A stretch of 64,000 nucleotides of DNA from Nageia nagi (lineage: Eukaryota; Plantae; Pinophyta), in assembly GCA_050084985.1 (NCBI GenBank), contig JBITNC010000001.1:126232001-126296000 (forward strand), given 5' to 3'. The notes under the pieces are model-generated. The model saw only the letters and a program-made list of their open reading frames with translations. It was not told the DNA's origin and did not search any database. The translations under genes were made by a program, and so were the position numbers. Shown one piece after another: positions 1 through 12,565 of the stretch (positions are counted from its first letter, which is position 1; each line of letters begins with the position of its first letter).

Positions 1-3000
1 ACAAGTTAGCCACTTGAACTGTTGTGTATGAGGTGGAAATGGCATAGAAATGTGCAAATTTGGTCAATCTGTCCACTACCACATAGATGCAATCTTTACC
101 TTGTACTTTGGGCAAACCAGAAATGAAGTCCATGGATATACTTTCCCATTTTTATGTGGGAATGGGAAATGGTTGTAGCAATCCTGCTGGTAATGTATTC
201 TCTCCCTTATTTTCTTGGCAAATAATACATTCTCTTACATGTCTAAGAACATCATCCTTGAACCCCGTCCATGTGAATCTTTCTCGCAGCTGTCTATATG
301 TTTTAAAGAAGCCAGGAAGACCAGCCATTGGTGTGTCATGCATTGCCTCAATTAATTTCTCTTTTAACTTTGAATTGGGCACAAGAAAAATTCTATTTTT
401 GTAGAAAATCAATCCCTTTCTAATGTTGTACCTGTCATCTTTCAAGTGGCCATCTATGAGACGTGATGCTAATTCATTCTTGGTATATTCAGCCATGATG
501 GCAGCTTTCCAATCGTCAATAATGATGGATGTAGAGTGAAAGGAGGGTGTTCTTGAGAGTGCATCAGCTGCTGTGTTCTTTTTCCCTTTTACAAATTCAA
601 TGTCAAAATCATAGGATTGAAGCTTGGTTACCCATTTTTGTTGTCTCTCATTCAAATCTTGCTGTCCCAAAAAGTATTTAAGACTGTTATGATCAGTCCT
701 TACTATGAACTTGCCACATACCAAGTATTGTTTAAATTTGGCTAATGCATGCATAATGGCAAGCATTTCTTTGTCATAAATACTGAAAGCCTTTTCATTG
801 GGTTTGAGTTTTCTACTTTCAAAGCAAATTGGCTATCCTTTTTGCATGAGAATAGCTCCTATCCCAAAGCCTGACGCATCACAATCAATAGTGAAAGGTA
901 AGGAAAAATCTGGAAGTGCAAGTAGTGGACAAGTGGTCATTACCTCTTTCAATTTTGTGAAAGCCTTGTGGGCCTCCTCATTCCATGCAAATGCATCTTT
1001 TTTTGTCAATTCGGTCAATGGAGCTGCTAAGGCTGAAAACCCCTTGATGAATCTTCTATAGTAACTGCAAAGACCCAAGAATCCTCTCAAATGGGTCAAG
1101 TTGGTTGGTGTGGGCCATTCTTGAATAGCTGCAATTTTGTGTTCATCCACTTGTACCCCTTTGTTACTGATTATGTGTCCCAAATAGAGAATTTCAGTCA
1201 ACCCAAATTCACATTTGGATTCCTTAGCATAGAACTCTTCTTGCTCCAAGATTCTTAGGACTGTTTCCAAATGCTTCAAATGGTCTTCCCAAGAATTGCT
1301 ATAGACAAGGATGTCATCAAAAAATACTAATACAAATTTTCTCAAATATTCTCTGAATATTTGGTTCATAGCTGATTGGAAAGTGGCAGGAGCATTTGTC
1401 AAACCAAAGGGCATCACCAAAAATTCGAAATGACCATAGTGGCACCTAAAGGTAGTTTTGTGAACATCCTCCTCATTGACTCTAATTTGGTGATAGCCGG
1501 ATCTAAGGTCAATCTTGGAAAAATACATAGCTCCATGCAATTCATCCATGAGCTCATCCACCCTAGGAATGGGGTATCTATTCTTGATGGTTTTTTTATT
1601 AAGGGCTCTATAATCTATGCACATTCTCAATGTTCCATCTTTCTTTTTGGCCAATACAATGGATGAGGCAAATGGGCTTGTACTTGGACGAATATGGCCT
1701 AGAGCTAAGAGTTCATTTATGATCTTTTCAATTTCATCTTTATATATCTTTGGATGCCTATAGGGGTTAATCATGATGGGTTTGGATCCATGTTCAAGTT
1801 CAATGGCATGTTGGAAACCTCTATGTGGGGGCAAACCTTTGGGAACTTCTTTGAAAATTTTACTATGCTTGCTTAGTAAAGTTTGAATGCCGGAATGATG
1901 AAAAACACAATGAGTGGATGGATGATTCATACCTTTTAATGTGAAGATTTGGACAGCCCATACGAATTCTCCCTTTTTGAGGATCTTCTCCATTCTTTTA
2001 TTTGTCACCTTTTGGGTCATGTGGTCTTTGACTCCTTGCAGCACCACCTCGCGTCCTTTATTTTTGAATTTGAATTGCAATGTTTGGTGGTTGGTAGTAT
2101 AATCACCCAAGGGAAATAGCCATTGTACTCCCAACACTATTTGAGGTACTCCCCCCAATGGAAACACATAAAAATCTTCTTCAATTGAATGCCCATCAAA
2201 CTCGATTTTCAAGTTAGTCACATATTTGTTGCAAGGTACAAGGTTCCCATTTCCAGTAGCCACATTAAAACCAGCAAAGAGTTCTGATTTTAGTTTCTTT
2301 CTTGCCACGAATTCCTCATCTATGAAGTTATGGGTTGCCCCACCATCAATTAATGTGATCACTTTTTCTCCTAGAATTTTCCCGGGTACTTTGATGGTGT
2401 AAAATTGGTTGGCACTATTCAAGGTAGCCAAGTTTCCTGTGTTGGTGACTGTATTTGGAACAACAGTCCCTTCATTGGTGAAATCTTCCATTGTGCATTC
2501 ATTACTAGGTTCATTCTCATCATCGGATGCTTCATCATCAGAAATAACTTCAATATAATGAATTTGCCCCTTACCTAAACAACGGTGACCAGGTACCCAT
2601 GGCTTCTTGCAGCTGAAACAAAGATTCTTCCTTCTAAGTTCATTTCTTTCATCATCCAATTTCCTTCCATGGTGTGGCGATGGTGGACCCCTAGTTGTAT
2701 GTGGTGTAGGTCTTCCCATGGGTTGGTTTCTTTGGAAAGCTGATCCTCCCCTTTGGAATGTATCTCTTCTTTGAAATGGGGTTGCAATGTTAGCTCTAGG
2801 AGGTGGTAGAGTAGAAGGCCTTGATCTAGGAAAAGCAGATGATTCAAGAGCTAGTGCCCTCCTAAAAGCATCTTGCAATGTGGGTGGTTCATGAGCTTTA
2901 ACCAAACCCTTTAGTGGTTCTAGTAAGCCTTCAATGAAAAGAAAAGACACCCTTCTATCAGATATATTGGTCACCATAACTGAAATCTTCTGAAATTCTT

Positions 3001-3682
3001 CAATATATGCTTCAACAGTTGTTGTTTGTTGTAGTGTGGCCAGCTCCCTAAAGTACTCTTCTTCATCTTTCTTTTCAAATCTATCCAAGACTCTTTGACT
3101 AAATTCATCAAAGGTAATAATTTCTTCATGTCCTTGTGTTGTGAGGCCATGATGCCACCAATCATATGCAGCTTCTTCAAGGTAAATAGTGGCAAATTGG
3201 ATTGCATCTTCTTCGGCTATAGGACAAAGAGTAAAGTAGGTTTGCAACATTTGTAACCATGCTCTAGCTGTCATATTCTTGCCATTGAACATAGGAACTT
3301 GCATCTTTTGAAAATGCTTATTATCATAATACTTGCTATTTCTACCAATCTTCTTTCCCAAAATACTTAGATAGCTCTCAAAAGAAACTGAGTCTTTAAA
3401 TTCAGTAGACTTACCTTGGTAATCAGCGAAGTATATCTCCATTTCTTCAGTTGCCAAACCTTGATCAGTTCCTTGTTTTGGCACGAACATGGGTTTTGAA
3501 GGTCTAGGCAAAGGAGGATGACCATAACGAACTGATCTTTCACTCCCTTGGTCATTCGCTAGTGTCCTAACTATTTCCTCTTGTTGTGGCTGCGTTTGGG
3601 GTTTGGAGAGCCCATCTATTTTTTTGACCAACTGAGTTAGTAGGTCTACCATTGTCTTGAGCTCATTTGGTGGTTCTTCCAT
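1..3682 (-). pseudogene. gag-pol polyprotein with two in-frame nonsense codons
   Basis: ORF 833-3682 has gag (AYDWW), a CFSC..HRC knuckle, protease ([10 protein letters not shown]) and RT ([10 protein letters not shown]). After TAG (833-835) the same frame reads PICFESRKL into ORF 152-766 (RNase H, integrase H-H-C-C). After TAA (152-154) it reads [22 protein letters not shown] (integrase core). Confidence 0.93.
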
Positions 3683-3804
3683 GCCTTTGATTTCTTCAAC
3701 TACTTATTTTTCGAAGTTTGGATCTGCTGTTCGTTGCGAATCCTTCTTACTTTTTCTTATGTAGTAATGGTGCATAGACTCCCTCACAGGCTGGCAAGAG
3801 ACCA

Positions 3805-3816
3805 GCTCTGATACCA
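3805..3816 (-). other. primer binding site (tRNA-iMet)
   Basis: Minus strand TGGTATCAGAGC, 1 nt after the LTR end ...TTTCA. Confidence 0.95.
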
Positions 3817-3817
3817 C

Positions 3818-4496
3818 TGAAATATCCCAATTATTACTCAAGATTTTTGGGCATAAAAAACTAGATCTGTTACATGCTATCTTTGACTTCAAACTCCAAC
3901 TGTAACAGCACTTTTATTACTTAATAATGATGACAGAATTCTAATCTTATAACAGCAGTAATATAGGAATTAAATCACATGAAAGAGACCATAGAATCAT
4001 TCATTCAAGAGTTGATAACAAGAACAATGAGTATATGAGATCAAATCTTCAATACGCAAGTAATAATACTGTTATTTCTGTAACAATTCTGTAACATTCC
4101 TGTAACAATATTTAGGGCATCCAAAATATGAGAGTCTCCTCACAAATTCTTCAAAATGCCACTTCTAAGGCTGTTGGGCGCATCCCTAGGCCAAAGAAGG
4201 ATGAGAAGGGCACATCCCTAACTCAAGAAAAGTAGATATCAGAATTTGATTGGATGATCCATTGAAAATGAGAAATGTTTTTGCTTAAATAGCCACTAAA
4301 TGTCTCCATAAAAGCCAGCCGACCAGCCTTGGAAGAGAAAACTAGATTTCCAAGTGGTTTTGCCGACTTGAACATGGATAATGATTCCAAATACAATTCT
4401 TTACATTTTTTTTTTGATAAATGCCGAAAGTGTAAAGTACTCCTAGATCTAGAAATTGCAATGAAAATGAAATACAAAGAATTTTGGGACATTACA
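3818..4496 (-). repeat. 5' LTR of the gypsy element (679 bp)
   Basis: Plus strand begins TGAAATATCCC and ends GGGACATTACA (9/11 inverted match). It abuts the PBS on one side and Copia coding sequence on the other. Confidence 0.85.
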
Positions 4497-6053
4497 TGAA
4501 GACTCCAAAAGTAACACACTTGCAAGAAACCAAAAGAATATTAAGGAATCTCAATGGAACCAAGGAGTATGGCATTTTATACACCAAAAAAAATGAATTA
4601 AAGTTAACTTAGAGATACACAGATAATGATTAAGTAAGTAGCATAGATGATAGGAAGAGTACCTCTAGCTATGTATTTCATCTTAGATCAAGTGTTATCT
4701 CATGGGCTTCAAAAGAAACAACCAATACTCACTCTTTCTTTAGCTGATGTAGAATATGTGGTAGCTACAGGACGAACATATCAAACAATGTGGATAAGGA
4801 TAATGTTGAAATACCTTAGATACAAGCTAGATGAACAAAAATATGTTTATGTGATAATAAGTCAACCATAGTATTATCCACAAATGTTGTCTTTCACAAA
4901 ATAACCAAGCACATTGATACTAGATGTCACTTCATCATAGAATTGATAAATGCTGGAAAAATCATTTTGGAGCATTATAGATATGAAAAGCAATATGCAA
5001 ATATTTTTACCAACTCATCAGGAAAGAAGAGTTTGTAAGATACAACTTAAGCATCATATATGGCAGCAGTAGCAATTGTGATTAAGGGGGAGTGTTGGAA
5101 AATTAATCCCAACTGCCACCATATTATTTTCTAGGAACATATATATTATATTTAATATTTTATTTTTGTTATTCAATATTTTAGGCACATATTTATTGTT
5201 ATATTTTATTTACATTGTTAGTTGAAAGCATTAAATAGGTAGAAATGGCTAAAAGTCTAATGAGTGTGTTCAAACATATTTTATAAATAAAGCAAATTAG
5301 TTTTGGGAAAATAATGTGTATGAAAGAAATGAACATGTTGTAGCTACAGAGCTGAAGCTTCATATGTAATGAATTTTTGATATAATAATACTCTCAGCTT
5401 TTGTATGATCTCTATTATTTTTATTATATTTTGCCTTTGCCTTCACTTTTTTTTGGCATATCTCATGGACTTCGAAGAAACAAGCAATTATCACTCTTTC
5501 TTCAACTCAAGCAGAATATGTGGCAGTTACAATAGTAACGTCTCAATCAATGTGGATAAGGAGAATGTTGAAATACCTTGGATATAAGAAACATGAACCA
5601 ACAAAAAAAATTTGTGATAACAAGTCAGCCATAGTATTATCCAAAAATTAAAATTTTTGTGATAACAAGTCAGCCATAGTATTATCCAAAAATTAAAATT
5701 TTTGTGTTAAAAGTCAGCCATAGTATTATCCAAAAATGTTATCTTTCATAGAAGAACCAAGTACATTGATATTAGATATTACTTCATCATAGAATTGATA
5801 AATGTTGAGAAATCATTTTGGAGCATTGTAGATCTAAAGAGCAATAAAAAAGCTATGTTTTGTTGTAATCTTAATTTTCATGTGTGATCTCCTTTTCAAT
5901 TATACTCTACCTCTGGCTTCATGTGGAAGAGTCTTTATTTACGGTACTCACAAAGCTTTCCCCTATAATAAGGAGCATCGATAAAATCAACCTAATGGAG
6001 GTGATTAGAGTGGTTTCTTTCCTATTATTTTTTTGTGTGCTATTTCTGCAACA
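4497..6053 (+). mobile_element. Ty1/copia remnant: RT end, RNase H, PPT and probable 3' LTR
   Basis: Reads KTPKVTHLQETKRILR..GTKEYGILY, DDRKSTS, SWASK/KQP, EYV, DN.S, KHID. PPT AAGGGGGAG (5084-5092) is followed by TGTTG (5093); a candidate CAACA end lies at 6049-6053. Confidence 0.8.
5611..5737 (+). repeat. 45-bp tandem triplication inside a second copy of Copia RNase H
   Basis: TTTGTGATAACAAGTCAGCCATAGTATTATCCAAAAA at 5611 and 5656, slightly diverged at 5701. Confidence 0.9.
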
Positions 6054-6704
6054 ATTTTCTTTTAACTTTTGAAATGAAGCATCAAAATGCAAGCCCAATT
6101 ATATAGGAAAGCATGGATAGCTCGCTCACCCACAAAGGAAACTTGTTAAGTAGGGCTAACAATTAGTATATCATTTGCAACTATAATGGGGTTGTCCACG
6201 TAAATGCTCAATCTAAAGAATTTAAAAGATGCTTGTAATGGGGATTTGTGTCAATCTAATGTTTTGAGAGACATAATTGATTCGTATCATTATTGAATAG
6301 CAAAGGAAAGGAAAAAAATCATTGCGATAAGATCTTGATCTTACTGCATATTTGGCCAAAAACAATTTGAACATATATTTTAAAATCTCGATCCAAATCT
6401 AAACATCAATTAACATTTGGGAGCTTAATTTTTATAGTTTTGTAGTTAGAATTTAGTATACCATTCATTAAAATTAATTATTTCATTTGTACAATTAAAA
6501 TCTTGTTTAAAATTTCATTTATTAAAAGTCAAAAGTAAAATATAAATTTTATTGTTCATGAACATTTTAATGAAATTGAAAAGGAATTGTCATATCTTGG
6601 AGATATTTATCATAATAATGACATGCTACCTTCAAAAATTTGAAAATTATTTTAATTTTACTTGAAAATTTTAAGTTCATAAATAACTATTCAATGATGC
6701 ATAC

Positions 6705-7037
6705 TTTTTTTTTGATGAAAAAGACTTTTAATTACTTAACACTTTTTCATACAAAAAAGGACCGATGGAATTAAGCACACCTCATGGGTAATCACAACCC
6801 CAAACTAACTACACCATAGTTAGGAAGATAATACAAAAAAAACATCTTGAGAAGAACAATCAAAATGTCCACCAAGGGAGTCTCGACAATAAAAAAAGAA
6901 ACATTCCCATCTCCAAGACCAAAACTAACCACCAGCTAAATTAAAAACAGAAATTAATCATGAAAGGATGGTGGGTAGAAGTTGTTAGTAAAACCCATAT
7001 GCTCCCAACCACCACCCTCAGCAGTGGCACACTTATC
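6705..7037 (-). mobile_element. possible 5'-truncated non-LTR retroelement 3' end
   Basis: Minus strand ends ...TCATCAAAAAAAAA; CATACTTT occurs at both flanks (6700 and 7038) as a candidate TSD; composition differs from the AT-rich flanks. Confidence 0.35.
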
Positions 7038-7914
7038 CATACTTTGAATTTATGAAAGAACAAATTTTCAATTCTTTTCAAATTTTAAATATGTTTATTT
7101 TTATATTATTTTCACATTTACAAATGCTAATTTTGCTTTTATTTCCATATTTAATCATAGATTAAACATACACAATATTAATTTTTATTTTATTTGATTT
7201 TTTTAATCTTGTTTACATTCACATATCATATCATAATATTATCTTTATGTTTTTTCCATTTACCCATTGCACAATGTTGCAATTGTTAATTTTACATCTA
7301 CCTATATAAAAAATTAAATCTTTAGACATAATACGGAAACATGTTGTCTTTATTTTAAATATTATTTTGAAGATATATTTTCATATTTGATCTCAAAATG
7401 TAATTATACCTATATCATCTCAAAATATCTTTTTAAATATATTTTAAACATTTTATATTACATTGATTATGATTTTCATTTCTTTTAAATTTTTTAAATT
7501 TGAAAAAATAAATTAATGAAAATATTATATATTTCCCTTGTTTCATGATAAAAATAAATTACTTAAAATTACTATTATTATATAAATAAAATTAAATAAA
7601 AAATATATTAAAATTGAACTACCAAAATAATTAATTAATATTATTAAAAATATATAAAATGTTACTTTTTTCTTTATTATCAAAATAAAAATTCAAATAT
7701 TACAATCATAAATTAAACAAATCTTTCTCTTATTCAAAATTCCACACCAACCATGAACATGTCATAGTGTGTGGAAGGACATTTCATGGCCAGGGTCGGA
7801 GTAGAGCAGGAGGGGATGGAGCGAGGTGCTGGCGGCGAAAGAGTTGAAAATTATACAGAACGTGACGTTGTTAGTTGGTGGTATTACAATGCGTAAGACA
7901 TATAAGGTTTGGCA

Positions 7915-9882
7915 GAGGAATACTGTCTTGAAGCATATTTTTCCTTATAATTAAAACTCTCCAAGTCTTTACGATAGGTAAATGTTAATTGTCTTGTGCG
8001 TTGTGACTAATTAAATTCAGAATGTTCTTAAACTATATAAAACACTTTACTAATGCAAGAAAATAAGTAATATAAACAATTAAAGAATACATTCAATTAA
8101 GTTGAATCAAACACAACTCACAAGACAGTTAAGTCTATCGTTTAAGATATATTAAATAGGAAAGAAACTCACCTGTCAATCTATTTTCTCTAAAATTCAA
8201 AAATTGAATCTGTGTACAATTGATCAATGAGTGAGGAAGATTGCGAGAAAAATAATTACAATGAGCAGACAAAACTTCTATAGAAGAGGAAAATCTTATA
8301 TCTCTAAGACTTTCGTTCAATGAATTGTTGGACAGCTTTAACTTCTTCAAAGATCTGCAGTTGCGGAGAGAAGTTGAATTTTTCCCTCACAAACGATTAT
8401 TTTTCAGTATCAAATCTGTCAAACGCTTACAGTTTCCTATCGATTCTGGAATCTTTTCATTAACCATATTCTGGGAAAAACTAACTTTTTCAGTTCAATG
8501 CATTTACCAATTTCCTCAGGAATGCTTCAAGTCAACTTGTTATCTGAAATGTCTAAATATTGCATTAAAGTGGAGATAGTACTTGTTTTCATTTGACCTT
8601 ACAAAGGAATATTACGTGGATCAAAAGTAAGTTATTTAAAGCTTCAATGAAATATCTTATACACCTATACATAACAGAGCTAATATTTTAATAGTTTAAT
8701 ATTTAAATATTTTTTAATATTATTTTGACAGGTTTACTTTTTTCAAACTTTTAATATTATTTTTTTAATTTAATATTATATGTACACATTGAATGATAAG
8801 AGACACCACTATAAAATTCCAACCATACATGGATCGATAGTAGAGTACACCACTATCAATCAACCCTTTGATTGAGAAGAAAACACAAGTTCGAATAAAC
8901 AAAAACCAAGTAAGATTTTTGAGTTCATGTATGCTTTGTGGTATAGGTCCACTCAATCTATTGAAGTGTAAACTCAAGTTCTGCATGTTCTGGAGATTCG
9001 CTATGTCCTCCTGAATTGTACCTTCCAAATTACTATGGGCAAGATAAAGTGTCTCGAGCTTGCTGAAGTTACCTATACTTCCCGGTAGTCTGTTGACATA
9101 AAAATTCAAAGAAGTTAACTCTGTGAGCCTTCCCATATCCCTCGAAATGATTCCAGTGAAATTGTTGAAATTGTTTAGGGCAAGATTTAGGTAGTATAGG
9201 TTGGTCAAATTCATCAAGATTGAATTTGGTAGCCTATCTTCAATACTATTATTGTATAACGAAAGAATGGAAATGGGAAGGCGGGAAACACTTGTTGGGA
9301 GAGACAGTCTAACTCTGTTAAATGATAAGTCCAGCAAATGAAGATTGCTACAATTACCCATTTCAGGAGGAACAGATACTGTAAGATTCCCGGGACCATG
9401 GAGGGATAACGTGAAAAGCAGTTTTAACTTACCTAATTCAGGAGTTATTTTTCCATACAATAAGTTTTCTCCAATAACTAATTCTTGGAGAGAAGAACAA
9501 TTTTCGACTACTGAAGGGATTTGGCTTCGTAACCTGTTTGATTGTAGATAGTCTCTCTACTTTATCAAGCCTTCCAAATTCTGACAGAATGCTTCCTGTC
9601 AAGCTGTTATGGCCCAGACTCAGACTTACCAGAGACGTGCAGTTGCTCAGAGAAGGGGGAGTGCTTCCAATCAAATCATTGTACGGCAAGAAGAGATGTT
9701 GTAAGTCTTGCAGTTGGCCGAATTCTTGTGGTATGCTCCCACTCAAGTTGTTCAATTAGCCAGATATTTGTATGTATGACGCCTAAGTAAGTTCTTTAAG
9801 CGAAGCACCCTGATTACTTTGAGCTGTCTCAACTGTGGTGGAATATTTCCTGTTACATAATTGAAGGAGAGATCCAATGTGT
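7915..9882 (-). pseudogene. LRR receptor-like protein pseudogene, copy 1 (truncated at both ends)
   Basis: Plant extracellular LRRs (LxxLxLxxNxLxGxIP) in ORFs 9438-9755, 8765-9460 and 8135-8350, collinear with 14990-16480. Contains frameshifts and foreign inserts (~7975-8135, ~8575-8893). Lacks signal peptide/LRRNT and island/TM. Confidence 0.9.
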
Positions 9883-10750
9883 TGTTAGAAATACATTACG
9901 TGTTAGTATTTTAGGTATTTAGAGAATCAGTTATGAGAAGGTACAAGGATATGGTAACTTCCTTGAATGTTGATGTAGATTAATTTGCTACATGTTAATG
10001 AAATGTTTGTTCTTTTGGGTCTCTCCCATATTTTTTATCATGGTATCAGAGAGGAATCTTAAAGGTTTTTCTCCTAAGCATTGTAGCTGTGAGAATTATT
10101 TCTTTGAGAAGATCATGGGGATGAACATTTAATTTTTGCTTGAGTATTAGATGTTCAAGAATTGTTTAGAGAGAATTTTAGAAGTGAAGAAGAGCCTTAG
10201 AGCCAAGAGAATGAGCCTGCAGAGCTCAGAGTGAGTTGCCATAAAAGGAAAGGGGCTGAAAGCTCCAGAAGCAGTCAAGTGGAACTGCAAAATGGATCAG
10301 AGGGATCCAAGTGAAATGAAGGGCGTTGATGAAGAGCGCAATTAAATGACCAGAAAAGCCGTAGGAGTCCGTTTGAAGAACCCAATGTTTGTTATTGTTG
10401 TATAAAGAAGTTTGCAGATGTTGAGGAAGCCCACAACGGGCATGAGAGATCACGTGGGTGCTGTTTCATGGGTAGAGAGCCACAGAGAAATGATCTAGTA
10501 GGGATCTGTGGTGGCTTGAGGGCCACAAGATTGAATCACTGGGATTCAACGTTTATAGTAAACATGATCCAAAGGAGCATCTGTAAGCAGTCCTGATAAG
10601 CGCCATCAAGATGGAAGAAGCGGGGAGGAGTCGTTTGGAGTTGATTCCGTCCAAGGAGGCGAAAGTATTACGAAGTGGTGGTTGTTTGAAGTGTTTATGT
10701 GTACTGTTTGGAAAAAAAAAGGAACTGTGAAAGATAAACAAAAAAAATTA
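9883..10750 (+). mobile_element. 5' fragment of a short-LTR retrotransposon inserted in RLP copy 1
   Basis: LRR homology stops at 9882. TGTTAG...TTATCA (9883-10040, 158 bp) is followed directly by PBS TGGTATCAGAG (10041-10051), then a purine-rich leader. No second LTR seen; right boundary approximate. Confidence 0.8.
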
Positions 10751-11519
10751 AAAGCGTATGTTTTGCAGGTAAACACTTGATTTATTCCAAAAGTTTTACA
10801 ATAGCGTCTCCAAATGATGCTTCCTCATCTTTCTTTTATAATAATCATTCAGTAATAATTGACAAAAATTTTAATTTTGCAACAGAAGAAGGAAAAACAA
10901 AAGAAAGAAACCTAGGTAAATATTATCCATTTAAAAAAAAAAACCAACAATTTTGGATTCTATGTTTTCAACAAAAACACAAATAAAAATAATATCTTGT
11001 TTTCAATTTGCGTTATGGGTATCACTGCAAGAATCAAGAAGAGTAAAGCATAATGAGGATCTAAACTTACATGCTTGACAAGGTAAATCCAACAACTCAA
11101 GCATTAAAAAAAATAATTCAACCTTGTCATATTTAAACAATGAGATCTTTCCTAATACATATATATATACACAGTACTTAACACATGATTCAAGAACAAG
11201 GTATCTCAAATTACTTCTTAATGCTAATAATGATCTCCCATGCATGCAATATAACAAAAAACATTGATTGAAATTTGGTATTGTAAGTACCATGTACCCA
11301 AAATTATTAATCATACATAAAATTCCAATTACTAATACTAACAGAAAAAAGTTGATAGATAAATTTTGAAATCAATCTTCAAATGAAAATTTAAAAATTA
11401 ATTTTACCCTTCTTATTGACGGATATTTATTTTTTTCACTTTTCAAATGATAAGTAATTTTCAGTAAGCCTTTCTAATAAAATAGTCTATGAAAGACAGT
11501 AACGGGTTAAATTTTGATC

Positions 11520-11890
11520 TGTCTAAAGTTTTAAAAAAAATTAAAATTTTTATTTAGTCAACTGAAATTCATTAGTTTTCATACTTATACAAATCCAGTC
11601 TTTTCTAAATCGCCGAATTGACCAGGAAGAGGTAGAGAGCATCGCGGTCTAAGGATGATCGATATTTCCGTAGAACGTAGCGTATAGTGCAAGTCGAGCA
11701 ACATTCATACGTTGGAAAGGATGGTCAATAATCCAGTAGATTGTCGAGTTGTTCAAATTATCTATATTTTGATGGAATTTTGGATTTAATATTTTATTTA
11801 GTTGTTCAATTTGTTATTTGAAGATATGAACTTCGATTTTATATAAAATATAAGTTTTAAAACTTGTTAAAATAATAGTATGAGTAAATT
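11520..11890 (-). promoter_or_regulatory. upstream/promoter region of RLP copy 1, with three W-boxes
   Basis: Paralogous to 21770-21998 plus 22320-22455. TTGAC(C/T) at 11556-11561 (-), 11618-11623 (+) and 11723-11728 (-). Confidence 0.65.
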
Positions 11891-12159
11891 TATTATTTTC
11901 TTTAATTTAATTTTATAATGTGTGGTAATATAGTTGATGATGAATCTTAAGAGAATTTCAATAATCACTATTGGATGGTTATTAGGTGAATTATATCCAT
12001 ATCCTTTATATTCATACTTGCATGTATTCTTCATCATAAGTTTTGATTTGAATACAATCTACTTTCTATAGTCCACATCTTGGGATGACGTAAGAAACCT
12101 TATATTTTTCTTGAATTTTAGATGTGAAGGGGGTAGCTTATGCAATATTATAACTAAAG

Positions 12160-12565
12160 GAAAAAAAAAGTTATGGCATTTGAGATATAATCAGTTAAAC
12201 ATTTAAAATTTAAATTTATTGACTACTAAAGAGGTATTTTTTAATCCACCTCAAATTAAAGATAGAAAGAAGAAATTTTTATTAACATCCATGAGAGACT
12301 AAGAGCAATCGCGACTGAAGGGAGTACATTGTATCACTCTTGGTGGGATTTGAACATGAGATACTCTATGAAATAGGTTCATAACATGACCAACTCAACC
12401 AAACATATGCACTCAAACATATTCACATTTCCAGATATCTATGGTATTATGAATTTTTAAATATTTGTATAGTTCCTCTTATTTCATTACTTTTACTAAC
12501 AGTTTTCTAAATAAATTGTTCAATATTATTTCACGAATAAATATGAGACTTTGAATATATTCAAA
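12160..12565 (+). mobile_element. decayed Copia GAG-pre-integrase/integrase fragment, paralogous to 41400-41735
   Basis: LWHLRYNQLN motif and shared blocks such as TACTAAAGAGGTATTTTTTA and ATATCTATGGTATTAT. Confidence 0.6.
12275..12410 (-). mobile_element. tRNA-derived SINE-like element
   Basis: Minus-strand A-box TGGTTGAGTTGG (12390-12401), B-box GTTCAAATCCC (12345-12355) and A-rich tail. Absent from the paralogous site near 41510-41585. Confidence 0.5.

Larger units (their letters stand above)
1..4496 (-). mobile_element. Ty3/gypsy LTR retrotransposon (probably a short-LTR chromovirus, Reina-like); 3' part runs off the window
   Basis: Order gag-PR-RT-RNaseH-INT on the minus strand; tRNA-Met PBS; 679-bp LTR with TG...CA ends; inserted into Copia RT coding sequence that resumes at 4497. 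The lineage call is inference. Confidence 0.95.

Noticed and set aside
833-835. Programmed stop-codon readthrough in gag-pol
   Set aside because: The stop lies inside RNase H rather than at the gag/pol boundary, and a second stop occurs in integrase; simple C>T mutation explains both.
87-3555. Small overlapping or antisense ORFs in the gypsy pol region (likewise over the LRR genes)
   Set aside because: Shadow frames of real coding sequence with no independent motifs.
7788-7845. Short GC/purine-rich island downstream of RLP copy 1
   Set aside because: Too short, with no ORF, structure or second copy to support a call.
11003-11314. 103-aa ORF between the short-LTR element and the promoter
   Set aside because: No recognisable motif; AT-rich; origin cannot be assigned.
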